Assembly (NCBI RefSeq): GCF_001194135.2
Contig: NC_068986.1
Location: 31,373,778-31,437,777, forward strand
Source: Octopus bimaculoides
Taxonomy: Eukaryota
Direction: 5' to 3'
Length of the DNA stretch: 64,000 nucleotides
Positions 1 through 11,301 of the stretch are shown piece after piece (position 1 is the first letter of the stretch; each line of letters starts with the position of its first letter). A program made the translations under genes and the position numbers. Below the pieces are notes generated by a model. It searched no databases. It was not told the origin of the DNA and was given only the letters and a program-made list of their open reading frames with translations.

Positions 1-149
1 TGGAAAGTGAAAGAAAAGTTAATGTCTAAAGCTACTTCTTCAATTTCTTAATAATTATAAACATATGTTCTGGTTTAACTTAATAACATTTGTTTTGTTT
101 TGCTTGTACATATTTGTGTGTGATATATTAAATGACATACTTGAATTTC

Positions 150-1950
150 TATGTAGATAGTTACAGCTGGCCAAGTCAGTCAGGTGATGGACTACTAGCA
201 ATGAATCAGCAGCATATATTATGGCGTTGAGATGTGTCTATGGCAAAGACATTTAACTTTCAGTGGCTCAGTCCATCTACTTGAGAATAGTGCCATGGTG
301 TGGTACAGATTGCAGCAGTAAGGTGTGGGAGCACTGCAAATCTAACTGATGTTTTATTACTTTGTAATAAAAGATTCAAATCTACTAATGCACCTTGGTC
401 ATGGTAAAAGCATTCGTATGATGGCCCTATTTCAAACAGTTCCAAAACTGTTACAATAAGAGAAATATTTGACTACTGTTTCTGATAAGTCAAACAACTG
501 TATATTGACTCCCACATCATCATCATCATTTAGCATCTGCTTTCCATGCTGGCATGGATTAAACGGTTTGACTGAAACTGGTAAGCTGAAGGGCTACACC
601 AGGTTCTAATCTGATTTGGCATCGTTTCTACTGCTGTATACCCTTCCTAATGCCAACCACTCCAAGGGTGTAATAGGTGCTTTTTACATGCCACTGATAC
701 AAGTGCCAGTTATGTGACTCCAGCATTGGCCATGACTATGATTTCACTTGGTTTGACTGGTCTTCTCAAACACAGCATATTACCTACTGTGTATTCTCAG
801 ACCTAAGCTAAAGAATATGAAATTCATTCATACAAAAGTATTTTCTAAGTTGACAAAAAGAAGTTAGTTGTTTTCTTTTTACCAAATATTTACTACATTT
901 GTCTAAGTCTAACCAGAGATAGCATCAGTAAGTTCAAATTCAAGTGGCATCCTGTCTAAGCTTATTTTATCCTCCACCAGCTTTGCCATAATGCTTTCAG
1001 CCAACTTAATTATCTGAAAACCTCTAAATTTTTCTTACTAAAGCATATTCTTTCTTTTAGTACTTATGATCCAATACCATTGACTAGGTTAATACTTTCT
1101 GGCACAATCTCATTAATTAAATGAATGATTTATATGATATCAACATAGCTTAATATTTTCAATGTCCCAGCAATTATCCCTACTGGAATTATAGCCTTCT
1201 AATATTTCCATTTATTTTACTAGCTTTCTTCAGATTAAACTTTACAACTGGCTTCCATGAGACAGCTTAGATTTTTTCCAGTGTTCCCAATTTCTTTATT
1301 TTCCATCTCCACACTAAACGTTACGGCTGACCCTGATGAGGCAGCCAATCCTTTTAAATCTTAATGTTTTCTTATTCATCAAATCCTGATACTTTCTTGC
1401 ATCCTCAGTTTCATTGTCAAAAAGGATAAGCACACTTGAATTATTTCCCACGCACTCCTACTTCTCTTAAGCAATCTACTCATTTGTTTGATATATTGTC
1501 TTGGAATTCTAAATAATTCATGATTCTCATTCCCACAACATCAAAAACATTGCCAAGCCTTCTATTTGCTGATTTTTACCATCCTTAGGTAAACCTGATA
1601 TCCGTTATTCTTTATTCAATTTCCTGCTACTGCCTCTTTCCAAAATCTTCAAAGACTAATATCTTTCTTTTTTAACCTTATTTACTGCAAAATTTAGCCA
1701 TTATATGATCCAATTTCTTATTGGGTTTCTATTCTATCATCTAAACTATTCAGATTCCTGACATCTTCTGCACAGTAAAAGTTTTATCTCTCTTCATTTA
1801 GGATTCATTAGAGCATGTGTTAACACAATTTAGAAGCTGCTCTTATACAAGTGACTTTCAACATCCATGCTCTTCTCTTAGTTAATGTTCTTATGCTCAC
1901 CGTTTTCAATTTGATCTCATATTCTATGCATTCCTTACACAAGACAAGCA
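150..1950 (-). mobile_element. Heavily decayed RTE-clade LINE remnant (linker and RT), interrupted by a younger repeat at about 517-782
   Basis: Minus-strand peptide scraps IIKLAESIMAKLVEDKISLDRM...TDAIS, HDQGALV..LL and CTTPWHYSQVDGL resemble the RTE RT segments GIKLL....VMK...RINLDEMQ...TDA, HQGSVLSPLL and GCPWELLYADDL. Many stops and frameshifts; boundaries are approximate. Confidence 0.65.
517..782 (-). mobile_element. RTE-type 3'-tail repeat (family C; (GAT)n tail read in reverse)
   Basis: catcatcatcatttagcatctgctttccatgctggcatgg...cccttcctaatgccaaccactcc matches the copies at 6802, 26010, 30644 and 44955. Confidence 0.8.
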
Positions 1951-2020
1951 TTGTCAGATTCTTTTCAATCTGGTAAAAATGAATTTGCTTATTAGTTCAC
2001 ATAACAATAATTAGATTATG

Positions 2021-2061
2021 CTTCACTGATGAGGCTTAATAAGATTGAAACTTGTCTAGAG
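2021..2061 (+). ncRNA. Decayed minimal hammerhead-like motif
   Basis: CTTCA CTGATGA GGCTTAATAAGATT GAAAC TT GTC TAGAG: core elements are in order, but stems I and II are imperfect. Confidence 0.3.
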
Positions 2062-2859
2062 TTGACACCTTACTGCCAAAGATTAGGTTACCTATTCAAT
2101 ACATTCTTTTTAATTTTTCTCAATACAGGTGTAATTTTAATTAATTAAACTTTCTCAGATAACTATGTTATATTACCTTGTGTGTGTGTGTGTGTGTGTG
2201 AAACAGGCATCTGTGGGTATTTTTATCTAGTTGTCATTTAGCCACAGGTCAGCTTTGATGGAGCACACCTTTGATATGGCAGTCCCATATCTTTTTTATG
2301 TGCAGGGAATCTAGGACTACGTTATTCAGTGTGTCCTTTGCTTATGATGGTATGGTGTAATTTGAAGGAGATTTGATTGTTCTTTCTAGTAGGACAATTG
2401 ACCATACAGAGCCCCCCTCATTAACTTCATTCTAGTAGGTTTCCTGTCAGTTAATCTTGCCTAAGAAGCCTGTGGAGAAATTATAGATACTATCAAACTT
2501 ACTTATCAAAAACCTAGTCATTTATCATTTTAGCATTTGTTCTAATTACATCAATTACATTCTCTATTTACATATTTGTATAAAACTACACAACCAGTCC
2601 TGGAATTACTACTTATATTATATCTTTACTTTATCTTTGAGGAAATTATTATTTTTTTTTTTACCCTGATAACCAAAACTTCTTGTATGGAAAACAAATT
2701 CTATCATTTAGGCTGCAAGCATGCATTGAGAGAATTACAAAGTTAATTGCTCTTTTGTACCCTACTACATATGTTTGAAATGGAATTCTCATTACTGTAT
2801 TTTAAAGCAGATAATAATAATAATTAATAATTATTATTATTATTATCATTAATGTGGGG

Positions 2860-3066
2860 AGTAGGCAGAATCGTTAGCATGCCAGGTAAAATGTTTAGTG
2901 GCATTTTGTCCATCTTTACATTCTGAGTTCAAATTCTGCTAAGGTTGACTTTGCCTTTCATACTTTTGGTATGGATAAAATAAGCGCCAGTTGAGCACTG
3001 GGTGAAATGTTATTGACTATTCCTCTCCCACCAGATTTCAGGTCTTATGTCTATAGTAAAAAGGAT
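2860..3066 (+). mobile_element. tRNA-derived SINE, family B (older copy)
   Basis: GGCAGAATCGTTAGCA...GAGTTCAAATTC...GTTGACTTTGCCTTTCAT...CCAGTTGAGCACTGGG is shared with the copies at 7649 and 23425. Confidence 0.8.
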
Positions 3067-3345
3067 TATTATTTTTTTTAACATTATTGTTGCTTTGTTT
3101 TATATGAACCCTTCCAAGTTTCACCCTGAGACTTCAAGTAACTGCAAGTTGGACAATTTACTATGGGTGTTATCTATGACACCGTGTGACCTTCCTTGAC
3201 CAATTGCAGCCCACCTTACAGTTATAACAATCAATTTCTGTCAACTAGCATGTGATGCTAGTTGACATGTGTCTGTGTGTGTATATATGTATATATGTGT
3301 GTGTGTGTGTGTGTGTATTTTTATGTATATATGCATGTGTGTATA

Positions 3346-3380
<35 letters not shown>

Positions 3381-4083
3381 ATGTATGTGTGTATATGTAT
3401 GTATATACACAGATATTTATTGTATCTTTCAACAATTTCAGGTTATTGTTGCTTCTGTTGTTATTTGTTCTTGTTTCAGTATGTCTCTTGTGAATTTTAC
3501 TCCCTTCAGCCTGTGTACACTTATCTATTTATTTATTTTCTTGGCAATTTTGAAACCCTGTTTATAAATCAGTTACTTTGAATGAATTTGTATGGCTAAA
3601 AAAGCCTGTGATGCACATTCAGATAGGCTGTTAATTTTTGATCCCAATTCATCCCTTGGAACCTTAAAATTCTTTCTGTGGGGGTAAATTCCACTGCCCT
3701 CTCATCCAGTTGAAAACCAGGGTTATAGAGACTCCTTCATTTGTGTCTGGATGTGCACATATGTGTTGAGAGAGGGAGAGAGAGGTTCTACATCTTATAA
3801 AGACTTGTTTTTTCAAAAAAAATTGTTTTCATTTGTTCAGTCTATTGTTTAGTTATTCTTGTATTAATCCACACCTACTACTCTTCAATGTTTCTTTTTC
3901 TATCACATAGTTCCATCTGTAAATAATTAGAAGAATTTACACAGTTGACTGCACATGGAAGAAAAATTAAAAAAAACTATTAAAACTTACCAGAAGCAGA
4001 AACTTGATCTATCTTAATATTGTAATGAACAGAATTCTATGCATACTCATTCACACTGCCACACAAGGAAATACAAATTATAT

Positions 4084-4085
<2 letters not shown>

Positions 4086-4144
<59 letters not shown>

Positions 4145-4525
4145 NNNNNNNNNNNNNNNNNNNNNNNNNNNNNNNNNNNNNNNNNNNNNNNNNNNNNNNN
4201 NNNNNNNNNNNNNNNNNNNNNNNNNNNNNNNNNNNNNNNNNNNNNNNNNNNNNNNNNNNNNNNNNNNNNNNNNNNNNNNNNNNNNNNNNNNNNNNNNNNN
4301 NNNNNNNNNNNNNNNNNNNNNNNNNNNNNNNNNNNNNNNNNNNNNNNNNNNNNNNNNNNNNNNNNNNNNNNNNNNNNNNNNNNNNNNNNNNNNNNNNNNN
4401 NNNNNNNNNNNNNNNNNNNNNNNNNNNNNNNNNNNNNNNNNNNNNNNNNNNNNNNNNNNNNNNNNNNNNNNNNNNNNNNNNNNNNNNNNNNNNNNNNNNN
4501 NNNNNNNNNNNNNNNNNNNNNNNNN

Positions 4526-4580
<55 letters not shown>
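4086..4580. repeat. (CA)n microsatellite spanning an assembly gap (N 4145-4525)
   Basis: Read directly. The other large gaps (24140-24853, 39452-39802, 43009-43218, 45268-45957) mostly abut microsatellites or SINEs. Confidence 0.95.
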
Positions 4581-4584
<4 letters not shown>

Positions 4585-5014
4585 TCTCATTCACAAATAT
4601 TCTTTTTTACTTACTAGCAGATGTTTATATCATCTTTAATATTCAATTTATTTCCCTTTTTAATTTACATCCACTCCCATTTATACTCTTTCTCAGTGGT
4701 TTCTATATTTACACACCATCAAACATACATATTAAAACCTTTTCTCTCCATCCTTTTAATTCACTTCTCAGATTCTTTCTTTGTTTCACATTTTCCACAT
4801 CACATCCTATATTCACACACATTTTCTTTCATGATAATTTAACATTGTAACAAACCGTATTAATATCTCCATTCAAATTAGTTTCTTAATTTAGTTTTGA
4901 AAGCTATAAACTTAGTATATAACAGTTGATCTTTCTCTCTTAAGTGTTCATTTGTTGTATTTTGTGGACTGAAAATAAATTAAACTCAATTTCTATGAGT
5001 TTAACCTAGGGCCA

Positions 5015-5390
5015 GTGGAGACGCAATGGCCCAGTGGACTTGAGGTCATACGATCGCGGTTTCGATTCCCAGATTGGACGTTGTGAGTGTTTATTGAGCG
5101 AAAACACCTAATGCTCCACGAGCCTCCGGCAGGGGATGGTGTCGAACCCTGCTGTACTCTTCCACCACAACTTTCTCTCACTCTTACTTCCTGTTTCTGT
5201 TGTGCCTGTAATTCAAAGGGTCAGCCTTGTCACACTGTGTCACGCTGAATATCCCCAAGAACTACGTTAAGGGTACACGTGTCTGTGGAGTGCTCAGCCA
5301 CTTGCACGTTAATTTCCTGAGCAGGCTGTTCTGTTGATCGGATCAACTGGAACCCTCGACGCCGTAAGCGATGGAGTGCCAACAACAACA
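5015..5390 (+). mobile_element. tRNA-derived SINE, family D (octopus OK/OR-type), near full length
   Basis: A-box-like TGGCCCAGTGG, B-box-like GGTTTCGATTCC, a GC-rich body and an (AAC)n tail. Confidence 0.8.
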
Positions 5391-5614
5391 GTGTCATGTA
5401 AAAAGCCCAGGTGTTGGTATCCATGTAAAAAGCACTGGTGATAGTGTCACATAAAAAGCATCCAGTACACTCTGGTTGGTGTTAGAAGGGGCATCCAACT
5501 GTAGAAACCACAACAAAACAGACAATGGAATCTGGTGTGGCTTTTGACCTTGCCAGTGCCTGTCAACCTGCCTAACCCATGCTAACATGGAAACATGTTG
5601 TATGATGATGATGA
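5391..5614 (+). mobile_element. Degenerate RTE-type 3'-tail repeat (family C)
   Basis: gggcatccaactgtagaaacc...catgctaacatggaaacatg...gatgatgatg tail. Confidence 0.7.
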
Positions 5615-6801
5615 ATGTCCTGTTCAATTAACTACATGTTTTACGAGATCTACTCCATTACTCAACATCCACTATCACTTCCTGCAAACAACTGAGACTC
5701 TGACAGACTTTTCAGTTTTCTTTCAATTTTCACCTTACTGTCTTAAAAGAAGGTAGATCACTTTAGCTAATATAACCCTAGGTACAAAAAAAGACGAGAT
5801 GGTCATGGCTGGAATGCTTTTGATCATAGGTTTGCTCAATCAGACTAACATATGGCTAACTAGTAATAACTGAGGCACAATATCTAATGAGGGAGCCTCT
5901 ATGTAGTTGCTTGGCCTGATACAAACAGCAACCATATCTCACTCAAATCACGTTCTACAGTCTTATAAAAAGTTACACTGGAGATAATGTTGTCTAAGAT
6001 AAACTATTCCACCTGTTTCCCTGTTAGCTAGACCAGTTCTCACACTGAGAAATGTCAGGAACTTACATCACATCTCCCAAAAATTAGAGAAATTATTTCC
6101 CCCTTTCTCATTAATGGGAAGACAAAGCAGAGTTTACATCCATATAATTTTTCTTTCTTTACCATGGCTAAACTTTAAAATGTTTAAAACCATCTTCATT
6201 TTATTAAACAGAGCAATTTGTTTCCTGTCTCTGTAGAGGTGATGGGGTAGATGTGACTATTGAAACACTGATGTTGACAAAATTATACCTAATTGAAGAA
6301 AGGTTCTCATGCTGTTAATCTCAGTAACAACTTCAGATTCAAAACACACATTATATATTAGTCTAGACAGATCTCTTAAACTTTTATTTCGGGTAATCAC
6401 TTGCTTTTAGGCTTAGGTTGTTGACTGTCATATTTAAATAAACGACCTCCTGACTTGGCAACACACTTCATATTTATTTAGCTCAATATCTCAAACAATA
6501 AAGAAATTAATAAAACAAAATCTTGGTTGAAAAATTTATATTGCTCCCATAGGTCACAAACTTAATATCTTTGTTTTCTATTAATTACAAATTTGTCAAA
6601 ACTCTTGTCATCTGGAAGAGACCTACTGCATTACTTACTTTTCAACATGTTCCAAAAGTATGTTGACAAATTTGTACTTAGTTTTATTTCATGCAAAGAT
6701 ATCAAAGTTATTGCTTGCTTTATAGTAATGCTTTATGGCTTTTTTGTTATTTCCTGTATAAAATGAAAAGTTATATTGTTTTTTATTTCCATAATTCATT
6801 T

Positions 6802-7262
6802 CATCATCATCATCAGCTTTCCATGCTGGCATGGGTTAGACAGTTTGACTAGAACTGGTAAACTGAAGAACTACTAGGCTCCAGTCTGTTTTGGCTCGGT
6901 TTCTATGGCTGGATGCTCTTTCTAATGCCAACCACTCCACAGTGTACCAGGTGCCTTTGTGTCACAGGTATGGGGGCCTTTAATGTATCACTGTCACAGG
7001 TGCATTTTATGTGTCACTAGCACTGGTACATTTTATGTGTCACCAGTACAGGTGCATTTTACATGTCACTAGCATGGGTGCCTTCAATGCACCAATGGCA
7101 CGAATACTTTTTATGTATCACCGGCACAGGTGTATTTTACGTGTCACCAGCACAGGTATCTTCTACACATCACTGGCACAGGTGCCTTCAACGTGCCACC
7201 AGCACTGGCTATGACTATGTTTTCGCTCAACTTAATGTCTTCTCAAACAGCAAATTGCCAAA
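6802..7262 (-). mobile_element. RTE-type 3'-tail repeat (family C) with an internal ~26-bp tandem array (about 6950-7210)
   Basis: (CAT)n start plus family C consensus; about 10 diverged units of AGGTGCATTTTAYGTGTCACYRGCAC. Confidence 0.8.
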
Positions 7263-7648
7263 AGTCTGTCATTTTAATAATAATATTTGTTCCATACAGA
7301 ATTTGTTCTATATAGAATTTGGTCTAACTGAAGACTCTTAAGTGAAATAAGAACACAGTGTGGAACCCACTTTCTTTGACTCCTCAACAGTCCAAAACAT
7401 GAGTCACTTGCTTGGTTTGTTCATTATTTGATTCCGTTTGTTGTCCATATGATTTGAGAAATACTGCAGAAATGCACAAAATTGCATAAAAGTGGCATAT
7501 TTTGATATAGACTGTGGAAGTATGGGCATATCTACGTGGGTAAGAAGTTTCCTTTAACCACATAAACTTAGAGGCCTAGTCCCTCTGCATAACATATTGG
7601 GCCTCAGGCCAACTAATGCTTTGGGAGTGAAATTGTATGGCAGAAACT

Positions 7649-7880
7649 CTGGCGAGCTGGCAGAAACGTTAGCACGCCGGGCAAAATGCTTAGCAGTATT
7701 TCGTCTGCCGCTACTTTCTGAGTTCAAATTCCACCGAGGTCGACTTTGCCTTTCATCCTTTCAGGGTCGATTAAATAAGTACCAGTTACGCACTGGGGTT
7801 GATATAATCGACTTAATCTGTTTGTCTGTCCTTGTTTGTCCCCTCTATGTTTAGCCCCTTGTGGGCAGTAAAGAAATAAG
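7649..7880 (+). mobile_element. tRNA-derived SINE, family B, nested in an older family A copy
   Basis: GGCGAGCTGGCAGAAACGTTAG...GAGTTCAAATTCC...AAGAAATAAG, flanked by the direct repeat AGAAACT (7642-7648 and 7879-7885). Confidence 0.88.
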
Positions 7881-8819
7881 AAACTGCATAGAGGCCCATT
7901 GTATATATTATCATATCACTTCAAATCTGCTTTCCATGCTGAGATAGGTTGGATGATTCAACAGGATCTGATGAGTCAGAGAACTACAACTTGATCAAAT
8001 GTCTCTGTTCTGGCATGGTTTTTTTTTTTTTTTTTGACTGGATGCTTTCCTAACACTAACCACTTTACAAAGTCTATGTGTGTGTTTGTGTGTGCATGCA
8101 TGTATGCATGCATATGTAACTGAACAAGGAATTTATCATCTCTACTTCTTGTATGAGATTGTCTGAGCAAAAATATAAAAAAAGACGACATCCTGTTTAC
8201 TTTCCCAGTGAACCTTGTATCCTGTAACTCTACACTCAGAGTAGTTGTCTAAAAACTCCCTAATTTATAAAACAGGAAAAGGTTGGTGACAGGAAAAGCA
8301 TATGGCTGGCAGTACAGCAAAATGTGAAAATGAACAAACAAAATAATCTAATTAGAAAATGATATTCATTGTAAGTATAAATTGATGAAATTATTGAAAA
8401 TCTGTTTATCTATTCCAAAATTAACTTTATATATCTATATTTGTATTTTTTTTCTTTTTAATGAAGGATAATTTAATTTAATTTGATTTATTGAAATTAG
8501 AACATTTTGCTAACATTTCAATATTAACAACACCCAGTTATAACTTTCAAACAAATCAGATTTAAAATATTATGTAATGATATCATCTTACTCTAAAAAG
8601 TCTTCTATTAAAATGTTTTCTTATACCACTAAGTAGAAATAAATCCATATCCATTAATTGCTAAAATATTTTATCTAATCCCTATTTTCAACCAGCAATT
8701 CATAAGATACAGAAACAAAATTAACTCTTTCCTTTCTTTTCTATTTCTAATATGAAAGAGCTGCAATGGTTGAGTGATAAAGTTGTTGACTCACATGTCA
8801 TCAATTTGTTTCTAGTCAA

Positions 8820-8889
8820 TGACCTAAGAAAAAGCTTTGACCTAAGAAAAAGCTTTGACCTAAGAAAAAGCTTTGACCTAAGAAAAAGC
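8820..8889. repeat. 18-bp tandem repeat TGACCTAAGAAAAAGCTT, about 3.9 copies
   Basis: Exact units read directly from the sequence. Confidence 0.95.
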
Positions 8890-9365
8890 ACTCTATACTC
8901 TCCCAGTAACCTTAGCTGAATGAAATGATTCAGCAAGAGTTTTGCAACAAACTAATGGGATATTTACAAAAGTTTGGTAGCCTAGAGTTCTAAGAAGTTC
9001 TTTCTGTAAATTCTTAGCCCTGTTTATGCTCTACTAGTTATTAAGAGTAGAACTATATCTAAGGGAATTGTGAAAAATCATAGAATCACTATTTCTCTCA
9101 AGATTTGCAGATAATGTATATGCATCTCTCTTTGTATATTTAAAAGTAATTCTGAACAGACATTTCTTCATAGCTAATTTTTTTTTATGTAATTAGCAGA
9201 AGTTACAAAATGACCCAAGACCTGAGAGTATTTTACATTTAGTAAGTGCCAATGCACAATGCTCTCAGTTCCTGAGTTACATTGTAATTTCTGCCAGTTG
9301 CATAAAAAGACACATATGTATATATATATTGTATCGAATTTGTGTGAATGTGTATAGAATAATAT

Positions 9366-9817
9366 ATCAGTTGAATAAAGTTAAAACATTGTCTGGGTTT
9401 TCATGTTTTTTATTATGGTACTTTAGCAAAATTAGTGCTTTCATACATAGTGTACTCATCAGATTTCAAATGTGTTTAATTGACAGTTGAGTTCTTGACA
9501 ACTTTAGTACTTCTTAGAATGCTCCAACCAGCTGAACTTTTAGAATACCTTTTTGATCAATCCACATGCTCTTAATCATCATGGTTTGCCAGGCATACCG
9601 ATTTTGATGTTTAAGAGCATGTGGATTGATCAAAAAGGTATTCTAAAAATTCAGCTGGTTGGAGCATTCTAAGAAGTACTAAAGTTGTCAAGAACTCAAC
9701 TGTCATTTAAATACATTTGAAATTTGATGAGTACACTATGTATGAAAGCACTAATTTTGTTAAAATACCATAATAAAAAACATGAGAACCAGACAATGTT
9801 TTAACTTTATTCACCTG

Positions 9818-9819
<2 letters not shown>
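9366..9819. mobile_element. Fold-back/MITE-like element: ~210-bp inverted arms with a 35-nt spacer
   Basis: 9366-9575 is the near-exact reverse complement of 9611-9819, with a handful of mostly transition mismatches. The terminus TCAG(G/T)TGAATAAAG follows TA on the left, which is Tc1/mariner-like (inference). Confidence 0.85.
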
Positions 9820-9867
<48 letters not shown>

Positions 9868-9967
9868 TTTGAATTCTATTTTCTTGTTTGCATCACCAAA
9901 TCTGTTCATAATAAAATATGTTGATAACAACAGCCTGATTCTTAATGACAAAAATAATCACCAGAGA

Positions 9968-10165
9968 TTGGCTTCAAATTTTGGCACAGGGCTAGCAATT
10001 TCTTGGGTCAGTAACATCAACTCCAGTGCTCAACTGATACTTATTTTATTGACCCCCAAAAGAATGAATGGCAAAGCCAACCTCAGTGAAATTTGAACTC
10101 AGGACATAGATATGCTGCTAAGCATTTTGCTCAGCATGTTAATGATTCTGCCAGCTCACCATCTT
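9968..10165 (-). mobile_element. SINE family B (degenerate)
   Basis: Reverse complement of the family B head and body (ggcaaagccaacctcagtgaaatttgaactcag...ctgccagctcacc). Confidence 0.75.
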
Positions 10166-10864
10166 ACAATCACCAGATTTTAAAAGAAAGAAGCTATTTC
10201 TATTTACCACTTTCCATACCTCAAATCTTCAAATCTTATTATGAAAACAGGGTGGAGAATTGGTAGAATTACCAGGGTGTCAGGAAGGAATGACTTACAG
10301 TATTTGTTCTGGTTCTGCTATGTTCTGAATTCATATCATGTTGAGGTCAATGTTGCCTTTTGCCATCTCCAGTATTGATAAAATAAGATACCAGTCAAGT
10401 ACTGGGGTCAGTTTAATAAACTAACCTCAAAACGTTTGACCTTGTGCTTATGCAATTAATAATCATTATTAAGAAATCAGACTTATTAAAATTCTTATAT
10501 TACCTATAATGTATTTGTATGTTTTTTATTAGTTTTATATAATGGACATTTCATGCCATTCATTTCAACAAATAATGCCATGTAGTATTTACTATCAGTT
10601 TTTCCTGCATTTCGTTTTATATAACAGTAAATATTGTAGAATAAATAAATTCCTAGTGAGTAACCCCACAAATAGGTATGAATATCTGGTTGCTTTACCA
10701 TCAGGTTATTTAAGCTTTGATCTTATTGTGCAGCACCTTTGGCAACTGTCCTTAACTATAAGCTTCAGTTAACCAAAACTTACCAATGAATTTGGTAGAC
10801 AGAAACTTTACTAAAATTCATCGTATGTGTGTGTTTGTAAGGTGCAGACATGGGAATGGGCTAT

Positions 10865-11301
10865 AGATGCAGGTGTGGCTATGTGGTTAAGAAACTTGCT
10901 TCCCAATCATATGGTATTGGGTTCAGTCCCACTGTACAGCACCTTGGGCAAGTGTCTTCTATAACCCCAGACTGACAAAAGCATTGTGGGTGGATTTGGT
11001 ATACAGAAATTGAAAAGCCTGTTGTGTATGTGTGCTATATGGGTATGTGTAGGTGTTTCTGTGTACTTTTTGTCTTGACATCTTATGATTGTAAATGAGT
11101 ATTACCATCATGCAAATGATGTTGTTCATTTCCAGTCTTCCATGACAAACATGTCTAGTCTTGGAGAAATGTTACCTAGCTTGGAATCAAGTGAGGGCTG
11201 GCAAAAGGAAATGCATCTCAGCTGCAGAAAACCTACCTCAACAAATTCCGTCTGACTCATGCAAGCAAGGAAATATGGATAGTAAATGATGACGATGATG
11301 A
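10865..11301 (+). mobile_element. SINE with a family A (CORE-like) head and an RTE-type (GAT)n tail
   Basis: GCAGGTGTGGCTATGTGGTTAAG...GGGTTCAGTCCC...CTTGGGCAAGTGTCTTC head; 3' part gcatctcagctgcagaaaacc...catgcaagcaaggaaa...gatgacgatgatg resembles the family C tail. Confidence 0.72.

Noticed and set aside
260-451. 61-aa minus ORF (ELFEIGPSYECFYHDQG...) with a good acceptor, and an antisense plus-strand pseudo-exon at 264-317
   Set aside because: It aligns by eye with the RTE RT segment HQGSVLSPLL...CPWELLYADDL and is colinear with the decayed LINE at 790-1950, so it is a transposon remnant rather than a host exon.
1330-1350. CCTGATGAGGCAGCC hammerhead-like core
   Set aside because: There is no stem II partner and no downstream GAAA; it lies inside the decayed RTE.
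5015-5085. tRNA-like sequence with A and B boxes (also the heads of SINE families A and B)
   Set aside because: It runs directly into a SINE body, and no complete cloverleaf can be drawn. These are SINE heads, not tRNA genes.
6950-7210. Regularly spaced ~26-bp repeats resembling a CRISPR array
   Set aside because: The units are head-to-tail with no unique spacers, lie inside a eukaryotic retroelement tail, and no cas genes are present.
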